Positions 37,003 through 49,615 of a stretch of 64,000 nucleotides of DNA are shown piece by piece; the stretch's first letter is position 1, and the number at the start of each line of letters is the position of its first letter. The notes beneath the pieces are model-generated. The model saw only the letters and a list, made by a program, of their open reading frames with translations, was not told the origin of the DNA and searched no databases. The translations under genes and the position numbers were made by a program. The DNA is from Euglena gracilis. Lineage: Eukaryota. Where the stretch lies: assembly GCA_039621445.1 (NCBI GenBank), contig CP154954.1:15642140-15706139 (forward strand). Direction: 5' to 3'.

Positions 37003-37973
37003 CCCCCCAAATAACACCCCCCCAAATAACACCCCCCCAAACGACAGCCCCCCAAATAACACCCCCAAATAACACCCCCCAAATAACACCCCCCAAATAA
37101 CACCCCCCCCAATAAGAACCCCCCAAATAACACCCCCCCCCCCCAAATAACACCCCCCCAAATAACCCCCCCCCCTCGGGGGCCGATTTCGCGCGCCCAA
37201 ATAACCCCCCCCCCCAAATAATTCCCCCCCGGGTATTTATTTTTTCGCCCGAAGTTCCGGCCCGAGGGGGGGTATTATTTTGGGGGGGGGTATTATTTTC
37301 CCAAAATTTTCGAAATTTTTCGAAGTCCCGTAAAACCGAAAATGGCACCCAAAACCCCCTTTGGGGTCATTTTTTTTGCACTTTCTTGTGAAATTTACCA
37401 TTTTTTGGAGGTCAGATGAGCCAGAAAAATTGATTTTTTTTCGTAATTTGTTGTCAGAGATTGTGATTTTTACCCACATTTTCAGGTTAAAATCCGGGCC
37501 AGGCTTCTTTTTAAGACACCTGACCCCCCCCCCCCCCGGGAGTGGGTGGGTCCGGGCCGGACCCCCCGGGGGGGGGGGTCCCGCGCCGGAGGCGCCGGGT
37601 ATACCTTTTCGGCGCAAAGCGCTGAAAATTTTTGAAATTGCCTTTAGCGGGCCCGATTTTGGGGGGTCCCCCCCCCCGGGGGGGTCCCGCGCCACCCTGG
37701 GTGGGTGGGGGGGGACCCCCCCTCCCCCCCCCGGGGTCTTAAAAAGAAGCCTGAATGGGGCCTTCGGCCCGAGACCGAGGGGGGGGGTATTATTTCGGCG
37801 GCCGAAGTTAGACCCCAAGAGGGGGGGGGTATTATTTGGGGGGGTGTTTTTGGGGGGGTTTAACACCCCCTCCTGTTTTCCATGTAAAAATAACACCCCC
37901 CCAAATAACACCCCCCCCCGGGGTCCCATTCGGGTGCCCAAAAAACACACCGGGGGGTGTTATTTGGGGGGGT
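37003..37973. repeat. Element with arrays of aaataacaCn subterminal repeats and inverted Gn-tattatt copies; related to ~3125-3495
   Basis: About 12 tandem aaataac(a)ccccc units at 37008-37220, reverse-complement units toward the right end, and a body shared with 3125-3495. Confidence 0.7.
37500..37753. mobile_element. CAGGC-ended MITE nested in a larger repeat element
   Basis: TIR caggcttctttttaagac / gtcttaaaaagaagcctg (18 bp, perfect). The host element is seen uninterrupted at ~3370-3400. Confidence 0.8.
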
Positions 37974-40079
37974 TATGTGAGATTTCTTCCAGCACGTCGC
38001 CCCATTCCCGGAGCGGCGCTCATTGAGCTGCACCCCATGCTCTGCGACAGCACCGCCCTGCACTCTCCATCCATTCACCCTGCATGCCAAACCAATCGTG
38101 ACCGCTGTCCCGTTGCCACCCATTCTGCCACGGCGCTTTGTGTGTCTCATTAATGCGGGAGGGAGCCACCTTCTGTAAAAATTATGGGAAACTGTTCCTT
38201 ACCAATGTTTACTAACTAGCCTTGTGGACATCGTCGGTTAGGGCAGAAGAGGTCCAGGGACAAAGGCAGATGTTATTGCCAAAGTTCTGCATGCGGCTTT
38301 TGTTGGTTTTTACCCCTATTCAGCAGTGTGAGAGCGTAAGAAACCTCCTTTTCACACTGTTTTCGCACAAAAATGCTCAAAATTTCTCTCCCCGGATCTC
38401 AGGCCTCCTTTTACACCCGCAGAGGGCGAATCACTAGATTGGGGGGTGCCAGCCTCCCAGTCCAAGAGCAGGGGACGCCTCCCCCCCCCCATTGCTTGTG
38501 GGCAATTTTCTGCTGAACCACCCATTCCATAAAGCACCCCCAGATTAGCGCCCTGGCATCAGGTGGGCATGATCCCATGTAGGGGTCGAAATTCCCACCC
38601 CCGAAACCGAACCACAGAGCCCAATCACGGTCCCTGTGCACAATTTGGAGGTTCCGGTTTTAAATAACAAACAATCTCTGAAAAAAAACCTGAGATTTTA
38701 GACATTAACGCGGATTTCGAACTTTCCTCATAACCCCCCCCCCCCCGGAAGCTCTCACATTGGACCCGAACCGGCTGATCTGTCATGTTGGGCAGTCCAC
38801 TAAGGCTCCTCCTTGGGAGCAGCTGATCTAATACCAGCTGGCTTGCAAGGCAGCAACGCCAAGCCCCATCAAAAACCTAATTACCACCTCGGTACGCAGC
38901 CCAACATCTGTTTAAGGTTTTGCAGACCCCAGGGCTGCTGCAGCCAGCGCCGATTTTGGCCCAGACCAGCCACAGCGGCACCCCGGGGGGGAGGGGTGCT
39001 GTTAGCCCGGCTAGCCTATTTTGCGGTGGGTTTTTCTTTGGTCGAAGGTTGAGGTGGCGTGGGGTGTGGTGTGGTGGCTCCACCGCCGTCGTCATCACCC
39101 TGTGCCTCATAGGCAGGGTATCCCTCTATTTTTTTCGGTCCAAAGTGCCGGAAAAAAATCCAAAATTTGCACCCCAAAGTAGGCACCTCCCCTCAGAGCA
39201 CCCCCTGCCTGCCCCCCGCTTTGAAGCTGGGTGCGCGGGCGCCCCCGCCGCCCTGAAAAACTTCTGGCTTGACTCCTCTCAGCACCCACCAATTTGCGTA
39301 CCAGGTATTTTGGCCATGTGCCGAATAACTGACTGATGCATTTTTTCTGTCCCGTGCCTCCAAAATTATTTTGAACCTTCTTGCCTAAACTCGGGGGTTT
39401 CTCAGGTGGCAGCAGGGCAGTTCGTCCCCCCCCCCCCCCGCCCCAGACCTGCAGGCTGGCAGGCCTGCATTCGCCAATCGGGCCGTATGGGGCTTCCTCC
39501 CCTATCGTGCACTCGAAACTGTCCGAAACCATTTTCTTACTGGGGGGGGGCAGCTGCTGTGCAAACAAGCACCCTCATAATTTGGGCTACATTTAGATTC
39601 TTCTTTTTAAAGAAAATTCTCCGGTGATGGGGGCCTGGTATTCCCCACGGCGAGGAAGTGGTTGGAGAGGTGGCTCTGTTTGGCGGCTGATTTTGTGCAG
39701 TTGATGATTTTTCACAATGTCCAAAAATAGAGAGCTGGCACAAGCACTGTTTCTCTCTTTTTTTTGTGTTTCTTGGGCAAATTTTCTCAATTTTGTGCTT
39801 CTCTTTGTTCTCTTTGTTCTTTTCTTCTGGAATTTTGTGTTCTGCCAGGAAATTTTTTCATGTTAGAAATATTCGCATTTGACCAGGCTTTTTCGAACCA
39901 AACCATTTGCAATTTTTTTGTGTCATTTTTTAAAATTTTTGTTCATTTTCAAAAGACCAAAGGCGATGTTATTGTGTTTTTGCTGTGTGCACCTGGACGT
40001 GTGTTGAACCCATACACCACCCCATGGCCCACATACATCACACCGTGCACACATCATGCTCTTCCAAACAAGCAAACAA

Positions 40080-40100
40080 CTGACGTCCCGTTCCTCGCAG
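40080..40100 (+). promoter_or_regulatory. Probable spliced-leader trans-splicing acceptor (outron 3' end) of LSM14
   Basis: ctgac...cccgttcctcgcAG lies 20 nt upstream of the ATG at 40121. Euglenozoans add an SL by trans-splicing. A 5'-UTR cis-intron acceptor cannot be excluded. Confidence 0.5.
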
Positions 40101-40120
40101 CGTTCCTGTTCGATCTTGCC

Positions 40121-43100
40121 ATGGCCGGCATCGGAGGCCTCCAGGGCAGCCGCATCAGCCTCATCAGCAAGAGCGAGATCCGCTACGAGGGCTTCCTCTA
40201 CAGCATCAACCCGGATGAGAACACCGTCGCGCTGCGGAACGTCCGCATGTTTGGCACCGAAGGTTCCACCCCGAATGTTTCCGATGCTGTCCGCTGTGCC
40301 GATCTCAAAGTAACCCCCCCCCCTATGTCCAACGACCCCCCCCCAGTCGGATGACACCTTTTCGGAGGTTTGTCCGAATTTTTGGCCCAGCACAAAGCAC
40401 CTGGTCGAAATGTTTTGCCATCAAAATCAGCAAAAAAAATTGGCCAAAATGCCATTTTTGACACTTTTTGGCAAAAGTTTGTTGACATTGTCCAAGGCGC
40501 GAAACTCCGTAAAAAAAGATTTGACCTTTTTTGTGAGGTAGGGTCCCAGGTGCCCGCCAATTTTTTTAACCCCTTGTCCAATGACCACGCCCTGCTCGAA
40601 GGACAGAGGTAATCGGTCGTTGGACAAAGGGGGGGTAACGCCAGAGAGTGTCCGAACCCAGCCTCTTTGCAATGCAAGCACAAAAAATCTCAGAAAATAA
40701 ATATTTAACTATTTTATTTTTGAGTCAAATTTCATCGAAAGGCGCATCGGGGGGGGGTGGGATTTTGGGTGGGGGGATGTTACTTGGGCGGTTTCTCATA
40801 TTTGAGGTACAAGAGGAGGACTCGGTGCTAACCCTCCCCACCCGGGAAACAGTCACCTGACAGCCTGAATTCTTTTGGCCAATACCGGACGATTTTGCTG
40901 TTCCCGAGGTACCCCCCCCCCCCCTAGTCGTACGACCACCCCTCATCTATGACCACCCCCCGGTCACAGGTTGCAGGTCATGGGGGTGTTATGACCACCC
41001 CCCCTGGTCACAGGTTGCAGGTTGCGAAAAAAATTTAACCCCCAAAATAAGTCCCCCCACTGGCCGGTCCGTGCAAAAATCCATGAAATGGACCCCCCAA
41101 AATAAGGTTCCCCCTGCCGGCGCGAAGCGCCGGATTTTTGAAAAATGGGGCATTTTGGGGGGGGTAAAAAATGCCATTTTGGGACACTTTTCACACGCTT
41201 CTACGACCACCCCCTCATCTATGACCACCCCCCGGTCACAGGTTGCAGGTTATGGGGGTGTTATGACCACCCCCCCCGGTCACAGGTTGCAGGAACCCGG
41301 TCATACGACTAGGGGGGGGGGGGGTAGTTCAGCTGTATCGGGGACCCCAAAAGTTTCCATGTTACAAACCCGGAATGTTGTTGACGTGAATTTTCCCGGT
41401 GGGTCGGGATTGTGAGCAGTTGCAATAAGGTTGTGGCGCAGGACACTGAACCCAAGCTCTCCTTTGGGCCGACCGAGCAAAAAGAACCCCTCCATTTGTG
41501 GGAGGCTCAGGTCCATTTTGGTTGCCTCAGCTGTTGTGAGAAACGGACTCCAAAAAGGAGAAACGTTTGCGGTTTGAGTTTTTAAGAAAATTTTTTGAGT
41601 TTTTAAGAAATGAAGACCAAAAACACGGCCGTGTGCACTCGTCTCTGGCACAGGGCGCAAGAAGGAGGGGCCCCAGATCCCCCCAGCGGACCAGCTGTAC
41701 GAGTTCATCATCTTCCGGGGCTCCGACATCAAGGTACTCCTTTCCCCTGTGCTGGGGGTGGGAAGTTAACAACTACAAGTCGCAGTGCCAATTTCCTCAA
41801 GCAGACCTCCATTTCCCAATGCCAGACGACATCCAGCACCGGTGGCAGCTTCAGCCAGCTGGTTGGTGTTACCCCCCCCCTATTTCCAATGACCCCCCCC
41901 CGGTCAGAGGACACCTTTTCGGAGGTTTGACCAAATTTTTCGTCCCGGCGTGTGGCCAAAATGCCATTTTTGTCACTTTTTGGACAAAAATTTGTCAAAA
42001 TTGCCCAAAATTTTCGGCGCAAAGCGCCGGAAGGGAATTTTTTTGCATTTTTGGGTGGGTAGGGACCCGGGTACCCACCAACTTTCTTTCGACCCCATGT
42101 CCAACGCCCCCCCCCCCCCCCCCGGTCAGAGGACACCTTTTTGGTCACTACCCTATGTCCAACGACCACCCCCCCCCGGTCAGAGGGCAGAGGTTGCCGG
42201 TCATTGGACATAGGGGGGGGGTAATCCAAGCATTTGTGCACATCAGGATACGGATCATTACGGATAACGACGGATTAGCCTGAAACCTCCAGGTACAAAC
42301 AACTGTGGATAACAGCTGGTCATTGCGGTCTGGCATGGTCACTGCGGTCTGGCATGGTGGACAAGTATTTTTTACCAAGGGAGCATTCACCAGCGTGGGT
42401 CGGATGGAGGTCATATTCCTTTTTCTATCTGGGTATTTGTAAGTTCAGACATTTTCAGAAGTTGCATTACTCTGAATCTGACCTTCCCAATATGTTTCCA
42501 TCAATACTTATTATTCTTTTAATGTTATATTATTTCCATTACATTTATTATTATTCCTTGTTCTTCAACATTTTTTTTTGGATGATTTGCCCTCAATACC
42601 GGTATTTTTTGCATTTGCGACCAACTGCGAATAACTACCGACAACTGCAGAATAAAAACCCCCAACTATGGATAAGCATAACTCACTGAACAATACCATT
42701 GGGTGAGTGGGGGCGTGGAGGTGCATTTCTATATGTTTTACCGGGGGGGAATTGGAGGCCGAAAAAAATTGATTGGGAAAAATTGGCGTACAGAAATCCT
42801 GCCAAATTTTTCCAGACCTTTTTTGAAAATCCTGCCTCAAAATTTTCAAAATCACCTTTTTTCCAGTCATCTTGCAAACAAAACCTGCCAATTTTTTCCG
42901 GGCAGTTTTCAAGTTTGGCACCAATTTTTTCGGCTTCCAATTTTGTCGGGTCTAATTTTATCTAGCTTCAATTTCCCCCCCCCCGGTAGTTTGGCTCTGG
43001 AAAATTTTGTGTTTTTTTGTTACTCTCCACTTTTTATTGCTGTGAAACAACACCAGCCCAAATTTTTTCATTCTTTAATTAAAATTTTTCATTCTTGCTC

Positions 43101-45025
43101 TTTTTTTGTTGATTTGGCCATGTTTTTTTTTGACTGGGCAATTGCGTTTTTGCGTGTATGAATTAATCGCCTCAAAAGTGCAAAAATCACGGGTTGGAAC
43201 TTTTTTTTTAATAGCAAAAAGTAAACCATCGCCACAGAAAAAGGCGTGTTATTTTTGGTGCCTTCTTTTTCTTTTGGCTGTGAATTCCCCAGTGGCAGCT
43301 ACTGCCCACTCGTGGCACAGGGTGGATGGCCCAACAGGTCAGCCCGCGGGGGGGTGTCATCCCCTGTTGGGCCATCCACCCTGTGCCACGAGTGGGCAGT
43401 AGCTAGCCCAATTAGGCCCTTACTCTTTGGGTCCACTGCTGAAACTTCAAGGTTTTCTTTTTGGATTTTCGCTGAATTATTCGACCGCAAAGTCTTCAGC
43501 CTTCCTGCGGGAGGGTACAAATTTTTTTTGAAAGAGTGATTTTTTTGGCAACGAGCAAAAAGTGTCGCAAAAAATGCCAATTTAATGGATGCAAAAATGA
43601 GCAAAAATGAAAAAAATGTCACAATCACCCCTTTTGGGGGCATTTTCACAGTTTTACAGGGGGGGAGGGGAATATTTTTGAGGTTTCCCCGAAAATCTCG
43701 AGGGGTTCTTGTTTTGGGGGGTGTCTGGTTTTGCATTTTTGCTGAACATCGAAGGGGGGAATGTTCGTTTTGGGGGGTTCACCCTGAGTTGGCTCGGGCC
43801 TGCAGGACCTGACGGTGTTCGACGCGGTGCAGAAGCAGACGGCGCAGCCGCCGGACCCGGCTATCCTCAACGCCTGGCAGGCGCCCTCCGCCCCCAGCGC
43901 CCCGAGCAGCGGCTGGCAGGGGCCGCCCATCACGGTGCGTGTTGTGCGGCTTTGCCCGGGTCAGCGGTCGATTCCCTGGCCAGTACCATGCCCCCCCCCC
44001 CCGGGGGGTCGAACCAACCTGGAATGATAGCAAAGCATTGCCAAAAGCCCAAAGCAGTACCAGACTTCCCATATGAATGGCTGCACGCCTGCACCGCGGC
44101 ACCTTTCCGCGCAGTTCGCCTCCCGCGGCCCCCCTCGGGACGAGTACCTTGGCCGGCCGGCCCCCCGCGGGCCCCCCCGGGATCGCTACGGCTACGACCA
44201 GGACCGCTACGGCTACGACCGCCGCGACCGCCCCGACAACCGCTGGGACGACCGCCGCGAGGACCGGGACCGCGGGGCCCGGTACGGCGGGCGGGACGAT
44301 CGGTGTGTCTGGTGCGGGTCCTGTTCCTCGATGATTGCCGGCGGGAACGGCCACCTGATTGGGCTACTGCCATGCGCGTTGGTCAAGTTCTCCGGGGTGG
44401 GGCTTCTATCAGGTGCATGTACGAGCTTTAGTCAAGTTTGTCCTCTGCACAGGGGAGGGGGGGGAGCTACTGATCGGCATTTGAGTCAATATCCCCAGGG
44501 GGGCTGTACAGGGTTGGAAGGTGGGCCTGACCCCAACCATGGGGGTGTGTCTGGATCCAACCCCCACCCAGGGGCAGGGCACACGACCAAAAGTACCAAA
44601 GGCACGAAAGCGAGAGCTTACTCCGGCACCAAAAGTCCGGATGAGGGCCCTTTTTTATGCCACGCCATGCTCCCACAGCCAGGGAGGCATCGCCTGCCCA
44701 GGCACTCCAGGGCACTCGGAGACCCCATTCCCCCCTGCGGTTGGTCAAATTCAGCCCCGGAGCTACTAACGGTAGCGGGGCAGGGACCACTATTCGGGGG
44801 GGGGGGGGGGTTGATTCCTGCCTGACTGACTATGGCGCGGTGGCCACGCCGCTGTCGCCGCGCAGGGACCAGCGCTACGGCGGCGGCCGGGACTACCAGG
44901 ACCGCGGCTGGCAGCCCCGCGGCGGCTACAACGACCGCGGGTCGTACGGCGGCGCGCGCTACAACGACCGCGGGTCGTATGGTGGTCCCGACCGCCGCGA
45001 CCGTGACTGGGAGCCCCCGCGCGGC
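40121..45025 (+). CDS. LSM14: LSM14/Scd6/RAP55-family mRNA-processing-body protein (LSm domain plus RG/RD-rich region); 3' end not resolved
   Basis: Exons 40121-40262, 41654-41733, 43806-43934, 44115-44302, 44866-~45025 are joined in phase by GT-AG introns: [78 protein letters not shown]...DPAI...RGG-rich. Confidence 0.92.
40912..41324. mobile_element. PolyC/polyG-capped MITE with an internal direct duplication, TA flanks
   Basis: Cn-tagtcgtacgacc / ggtcatacgacta-Gn. A ~90-bp unit (tacgaccacccc...ggtcacaggttgcagg) occurs twice. Confidence 0.75.
41872..42221. mobile_element. PolyC/polyG-capped MITE family B (tatgtccaa TIR, TA flanks); copies at 21719-21873, 35041-35635, 40314-40635
   Basis: TA-Cn-tat(g/t)tccaa(c/t)gacc ... 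ggtcattggacata-Gn-TA, with shared ggtcagaggacaccttttcggagg. Confidence 0.8.
43297..43404. repeat. Perfect 42-bp inverted repeat with 24-nt spacer
   Basis: agctactgcccactcgtggcacagggtggatggcccaacagg (43297-43338) and its exact reverse complement (43363-43404). Confidence 0.95.
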
Positions 45026-46131
45026 GGCGCCCATCTCCTCCTGTGGGACACCCCGCCATGCGAGTATTATTATTATTTTACAATTTTTTATTACATTTTT
45101 ATTTGTATTGTTTTTATTTTTTTTGTATCCCCCGGACCACCAAGGGCATTCCATAGTGAGCATCTAACGTGTCAAATGGGAGTTTGTCGGATTTCGGTTG
45201 TGAAACTCAAGACTTTGTGTTTTGACTAACCCCCCCCCCCAAAATAAGACCCCCCCAAAAATAAGACCCCCCTGGGCTGATCAAGCAAAAATCCAAAAAT
45301 AAGACCCCCCATAAATAAGACCCCCCTGACGGCGCGAAGCGCCGGGGACGGTGAAAATTTTTCCCGAAAAGTTACAAAAAATCACAATTTCATACACAGA
45401 AATGATGAAATTTCAAAAAATTTCAGATTTTTGAAGTGCAAAAAAACATGGTAAATGTCAATTTACACCAATTTACACATGGCGCAAAGCGCCGAAGAAA
45501 AATTTTTGTGTTCTTGGGAACCTGAAAAATGGTGTTTTTTTTCGGGCCCAGGTCGATCAAGAACCCCCCCCCCCCCAAATAAGACCTCCCCTAGAGGCTT
45601 CCAGCAACGGACCCAAAAATAAGACCCGGGTCTTGTTTTTGAGGGGGGTTTATGAGAACTGAATCCCAATGGGATGCCATGCGTTGATTTGGTGGTTATC
45701 GACGTGGACATATTCAACGTTAGTGAAGAAGTGGTAAAGGTTAGGATTGATGGGCATAATTCCTGCCATCCTTTTGGGGGGTGCATTTCCAAGGCGTCAG
45801 AGGGACAGGAGAAGAAAAGGGGACCGGATGTCCTTTCTCTGGTGTCACCCGGGGTTTTCAAGAGTTCTTTGGGGGGGTATTGAAATGATCTCAGCGGCCT
45901 AACTCACATTTAAGGTTTTGATTTTTGCATTGCGCCTAAGCGCAATGTTGCAATATTTTTGCAACCTGGCGGTGAAACCCAACTTTTTGACCCTCTGCTC
46001 TGGTTTCCTTTGGAACCCTCCACGGTGGCATTTGCATCATTTGCCGATGTTGGGACCCAGGGAACAGGCCCAATTTTCGGCTTGTGCACCATTTAAAAAG
46101 GTTCAAAAACCTGGGTTTTAACTTCCAGGAC

Positions 46132-46301
46132 ACATACATACGTACATACATACATACATACATACATACATACATACATACATACATACATACATACATA
46201 CATACATACATACATACATACATACATACATACATACATACATACATACATACATACATACATACATACATACATACATACATACATACATACATACATA
46301 C
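46132..46301. repeat. (CATA)n microsatellite
   Basis: Direct inspection. Confidence 0.95.
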
Positions 46302-49300
46302 TGGGTCTTGCTGTTTTTGGTGTTAAATTAAATTGAACAGGAATTTTGCAGTTTTTTGGTGTTAAGTTTTGACTGCGCATTACAGGTGCATTTTTGTCTT
46401 AGTAATGTGAAATTGGTTTTTTTCCTTTCCACATCAGTTGGAGAGTTGTACAAATCATGTAGAATTTGGTTCCAGCCCTCAGCGGAGCTCAGTGCTATGG
46501 AGCAAAAGAAAACTGTCTGACCAAAATTGAAGCCCTTGGAATGCACCTTTATCTAAATATCCAACCATACTTTTTCCCAACTCCTTGTGTAGCCCGAGCT
46601 TGTAAGTGGTAAAAAAAATTGATGCCTTCAAAATATCTTGGAGATGAAGCAAAATCAAAGGAAATGTCCGGTGTCATAAAAAAAAGCCTTGGAACGCACC
46701 ATCTAACGGTATTTTGGTTTCCCCGCAACTGCACGACTGCGCTGAAGATAGATGCATACATTGCACCAGGTGTCGTGTAGTGCTGAGCTCTTCACGTGTC
46801 TGATGGTCCCACAAAACAGCAGCTGTTTGAAGCATGTGGCTGCCAGCTGCCCAGCTGCCCAGCCGGTGGCCCGCCGCCTGGCAGGGTGGGGGGGCCTGTT
46901 GACCTGGCAACCGGCAACCGCATACATCAAACAGCTGCTGTCTCGTGGCCTGGCGGGGGAATCAAAAATGCCATTGAATAAGGCTTTTTATGGGCTTCAG
47001 TGTTGGGTCTCCGGTGAATTTGCGTGGTTGGCCACCATTTTTCATTTTCAAAGCCATCCCCTGGTCGGGGGCCTTGGGGGTTTTGGAGCTACAATCTTTT
47101 ATTTAAGGCAATTGGGCATACACGTTTTTCCAATGTTGCGCCCCCTTCTGTGCCCCCCCCCCCTGCCGACAACCCCCCTGTCATGCTGAACTCAGCTTAA
47201 ATTTAGGCCACATTTAGGCTGGCCTAAAATTCCAATTCAAGGCCTAGATCCAAACGAAAACCCTAATCCCAACCCTTAAACCCCATTCTGGATTTTAACC
47301 CTAACCCAAACACTAACCCAAACGCTGTTTCTCCCCCTGATTGGACATTTTTGTGAAGGTGGGTCCAATTTTTAAAGCTTTTTTTCAGTTTTTCGGTTTT
47401 TTTTATTTTCTCCAGCCAGCCAAAAAATTCTGCAAAAATATTTCTTGGTATTGATTGAATTATTTCTGTGTAAGCAGAGCCCCAAAACATAATCTTCCCT
47501 AGTGTTCATTTTGTTTCAAAACCATTTTTTTTTTGCGAAAAGAAGAGGCAATTTTTTCTCCAGTTTGATTGTCCTGTGTATTTCTCCTGACTTCTGAAGA
47601 TAAAACAAAATGCAAAGTGGTGTGGGGTATGGAATCAATCTTTTTTTTGCAGGAGGGGTCAATATTTTTTATACAGACAGGTGAAACAAATTTGAAACAG
47701 ACAGGGCTAGGATACTAAATGATGGGAGTGGGTCTTCCTGGATGGGATGGCCCCCCTGTGCGAAGGAAAGTTCGTTGCAAAATACCAGGACGTTGGAAGG
47801 GCCAGGCGTGTGGGTGGCCAAAACGGTGCACAGGACAACAAACTCGAGTTATTTTGATAACAATTGTCAATTTTTGATCCAGAACAACTCACTTTGAGGA
47901 TATGAGATTTTCCGCCCATCTCAGTTTCATCCGCTGTTTTCACCCCTCATCCACAAGACCCCTGCCCCGGATGGAGTGCGAGGTCCTCCTCCCCCACGAT
48001 GGCTGGGTCCACGACACCATTCAAGCGGTATTCGAAGCTTGCCTCTCACGGCAGGTATGACTTGTCCAACAAGGAACTGCTGCAAGAGGCAGGGGGGAAG
48101 AAAACAGCGATCCAAATAATCCTGTGCAATTTTTTTATTTAGGGAGGGGGAATGCAACAAGAAAAACATTTAGAAAGGCATTTGACACAGGTGTCTGAGA
48201 AATATTTCTGGATCTTTTCTTTTTTTTAAACAATTATGATTGAGGGTTACACAGAGGGCAAGATTCTGACTGCGTTATCTCCCACAATCTCGCATGACCC
48301 TGTATAACATATAATATATCACCTGTTTTGGTGATCTCTTCTTGGTGTTCTTTGGTTCGCTGTGGTGTGGGAGGGGGTGATACTTTGGGCGTCCTCCAGC
48401 AGACGTTTATCATTTGGCAGGGCTGGGGTGTTTTCACCAACATTTCATGATCCTGGAAGGGAGGCATGTGTTCTCAAAAAGCCAGGGAGATCACCATTCC
48501 CTCCAAAGCAAGATCCCTGGCAGGCTTCTTTTTAAGTCACCTGCCCCCCCCCCCCCCCCCGGGGGGGGAGGGGGGGTGGGTGGGTGGGTCCCTGCCAATT
48601 TTCAGCAGAAATCCAAAGAAAGTATGATTGGTGTATGTGTGTGTTGTTTTTGATAATGAAAGAAAGAAAGGTCAGAGTTCAAATTATGCCCCTGTCATAT
48701 GCGATATTTTTTTGTTGGCTTCAGTACTGGAATGAACTGTAAGCAGAAACAATAATTTTGTTTTAATTTTTTTAACAGAAAAAAGTTACAAAAATGCCCA
48801 AAATGATAGCAGCCGCAAAAAAATGGCTGATAATGCCAAAAATGGCACGAAAAGGAAGGTTGATAACCCCCACAAAGTTGCAAATTTCACAAAATGGCTA
48901 AAATTGGTGTAATTTCAAAAAGCAACTTGAGATTTTTCAGGATTGCGCCAACTGGCCAAAACTCTTTGAAAAGTTGGCTGAAAATGGCCAAAAGTGGCAT
49001 TAAAATGGCCAATAGTGGCCAAAAATGGCCCAAAAGTGGTTTGGCAGGTGAGCAACTAATTGGTAATAGATGGGATTCTTGGCTGTTTCTTTTTTTTTTT
49101 GGCTAGTTTCAGCCCCTTGACACTTTAGTCCACTTTTGGCTGTTTGGTGCAATCTTAAACGATGCCACCCGTTTTTGTATAGTTTTGGCCATATACATAA
49201 TTTTGGACAATTTTGATAATTTGGCTAGTTTGGCAACTGTTTTTCAGAGTTTCAGCACTTTTTTATCGCTTTTTGTGTGCCATTTCTTTGATGCCTTGTA

Positions 49301-49615
49301 TCGTCAGGGCTGCTCCTATATTGCATCTGAGACCCATACTACTAGGAAATGCAGCCTTTTTGGGGTTATTTTGTCAAATTTGGACTAAGTTCATTCGCGT
49401 TGGATCAATCGGGCTATTTCTGACATATTCAAGACCAGTGGGCTGCTTTGGGCATTTTAGTCAAGTATTTATGGCCAATTTCATAGGCATCAAGTCAGCA
49501 TTTTTTCGCATAATTCCGCATTAATAAATGGAATATAACCACCGCATAGTTTGGAAAACATATTACTGCATTCTCCCCCGCCTTGTGATTGGTGTGTCTC
49601 CCCCTTTGCTTCCAG

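Noticed and set aside
37008-37220. CRISPR-like regularly repeated array
   Set aside because: The units are ~14-bp tandem repeats with no unique spacers, there are no cas genes, and the context is eukaryotic.
46796-46850. Possible UFD2 first exon (SDGPTKQQLFEACG)
   Set aside because: No convincing start codon, splice sites or homology.
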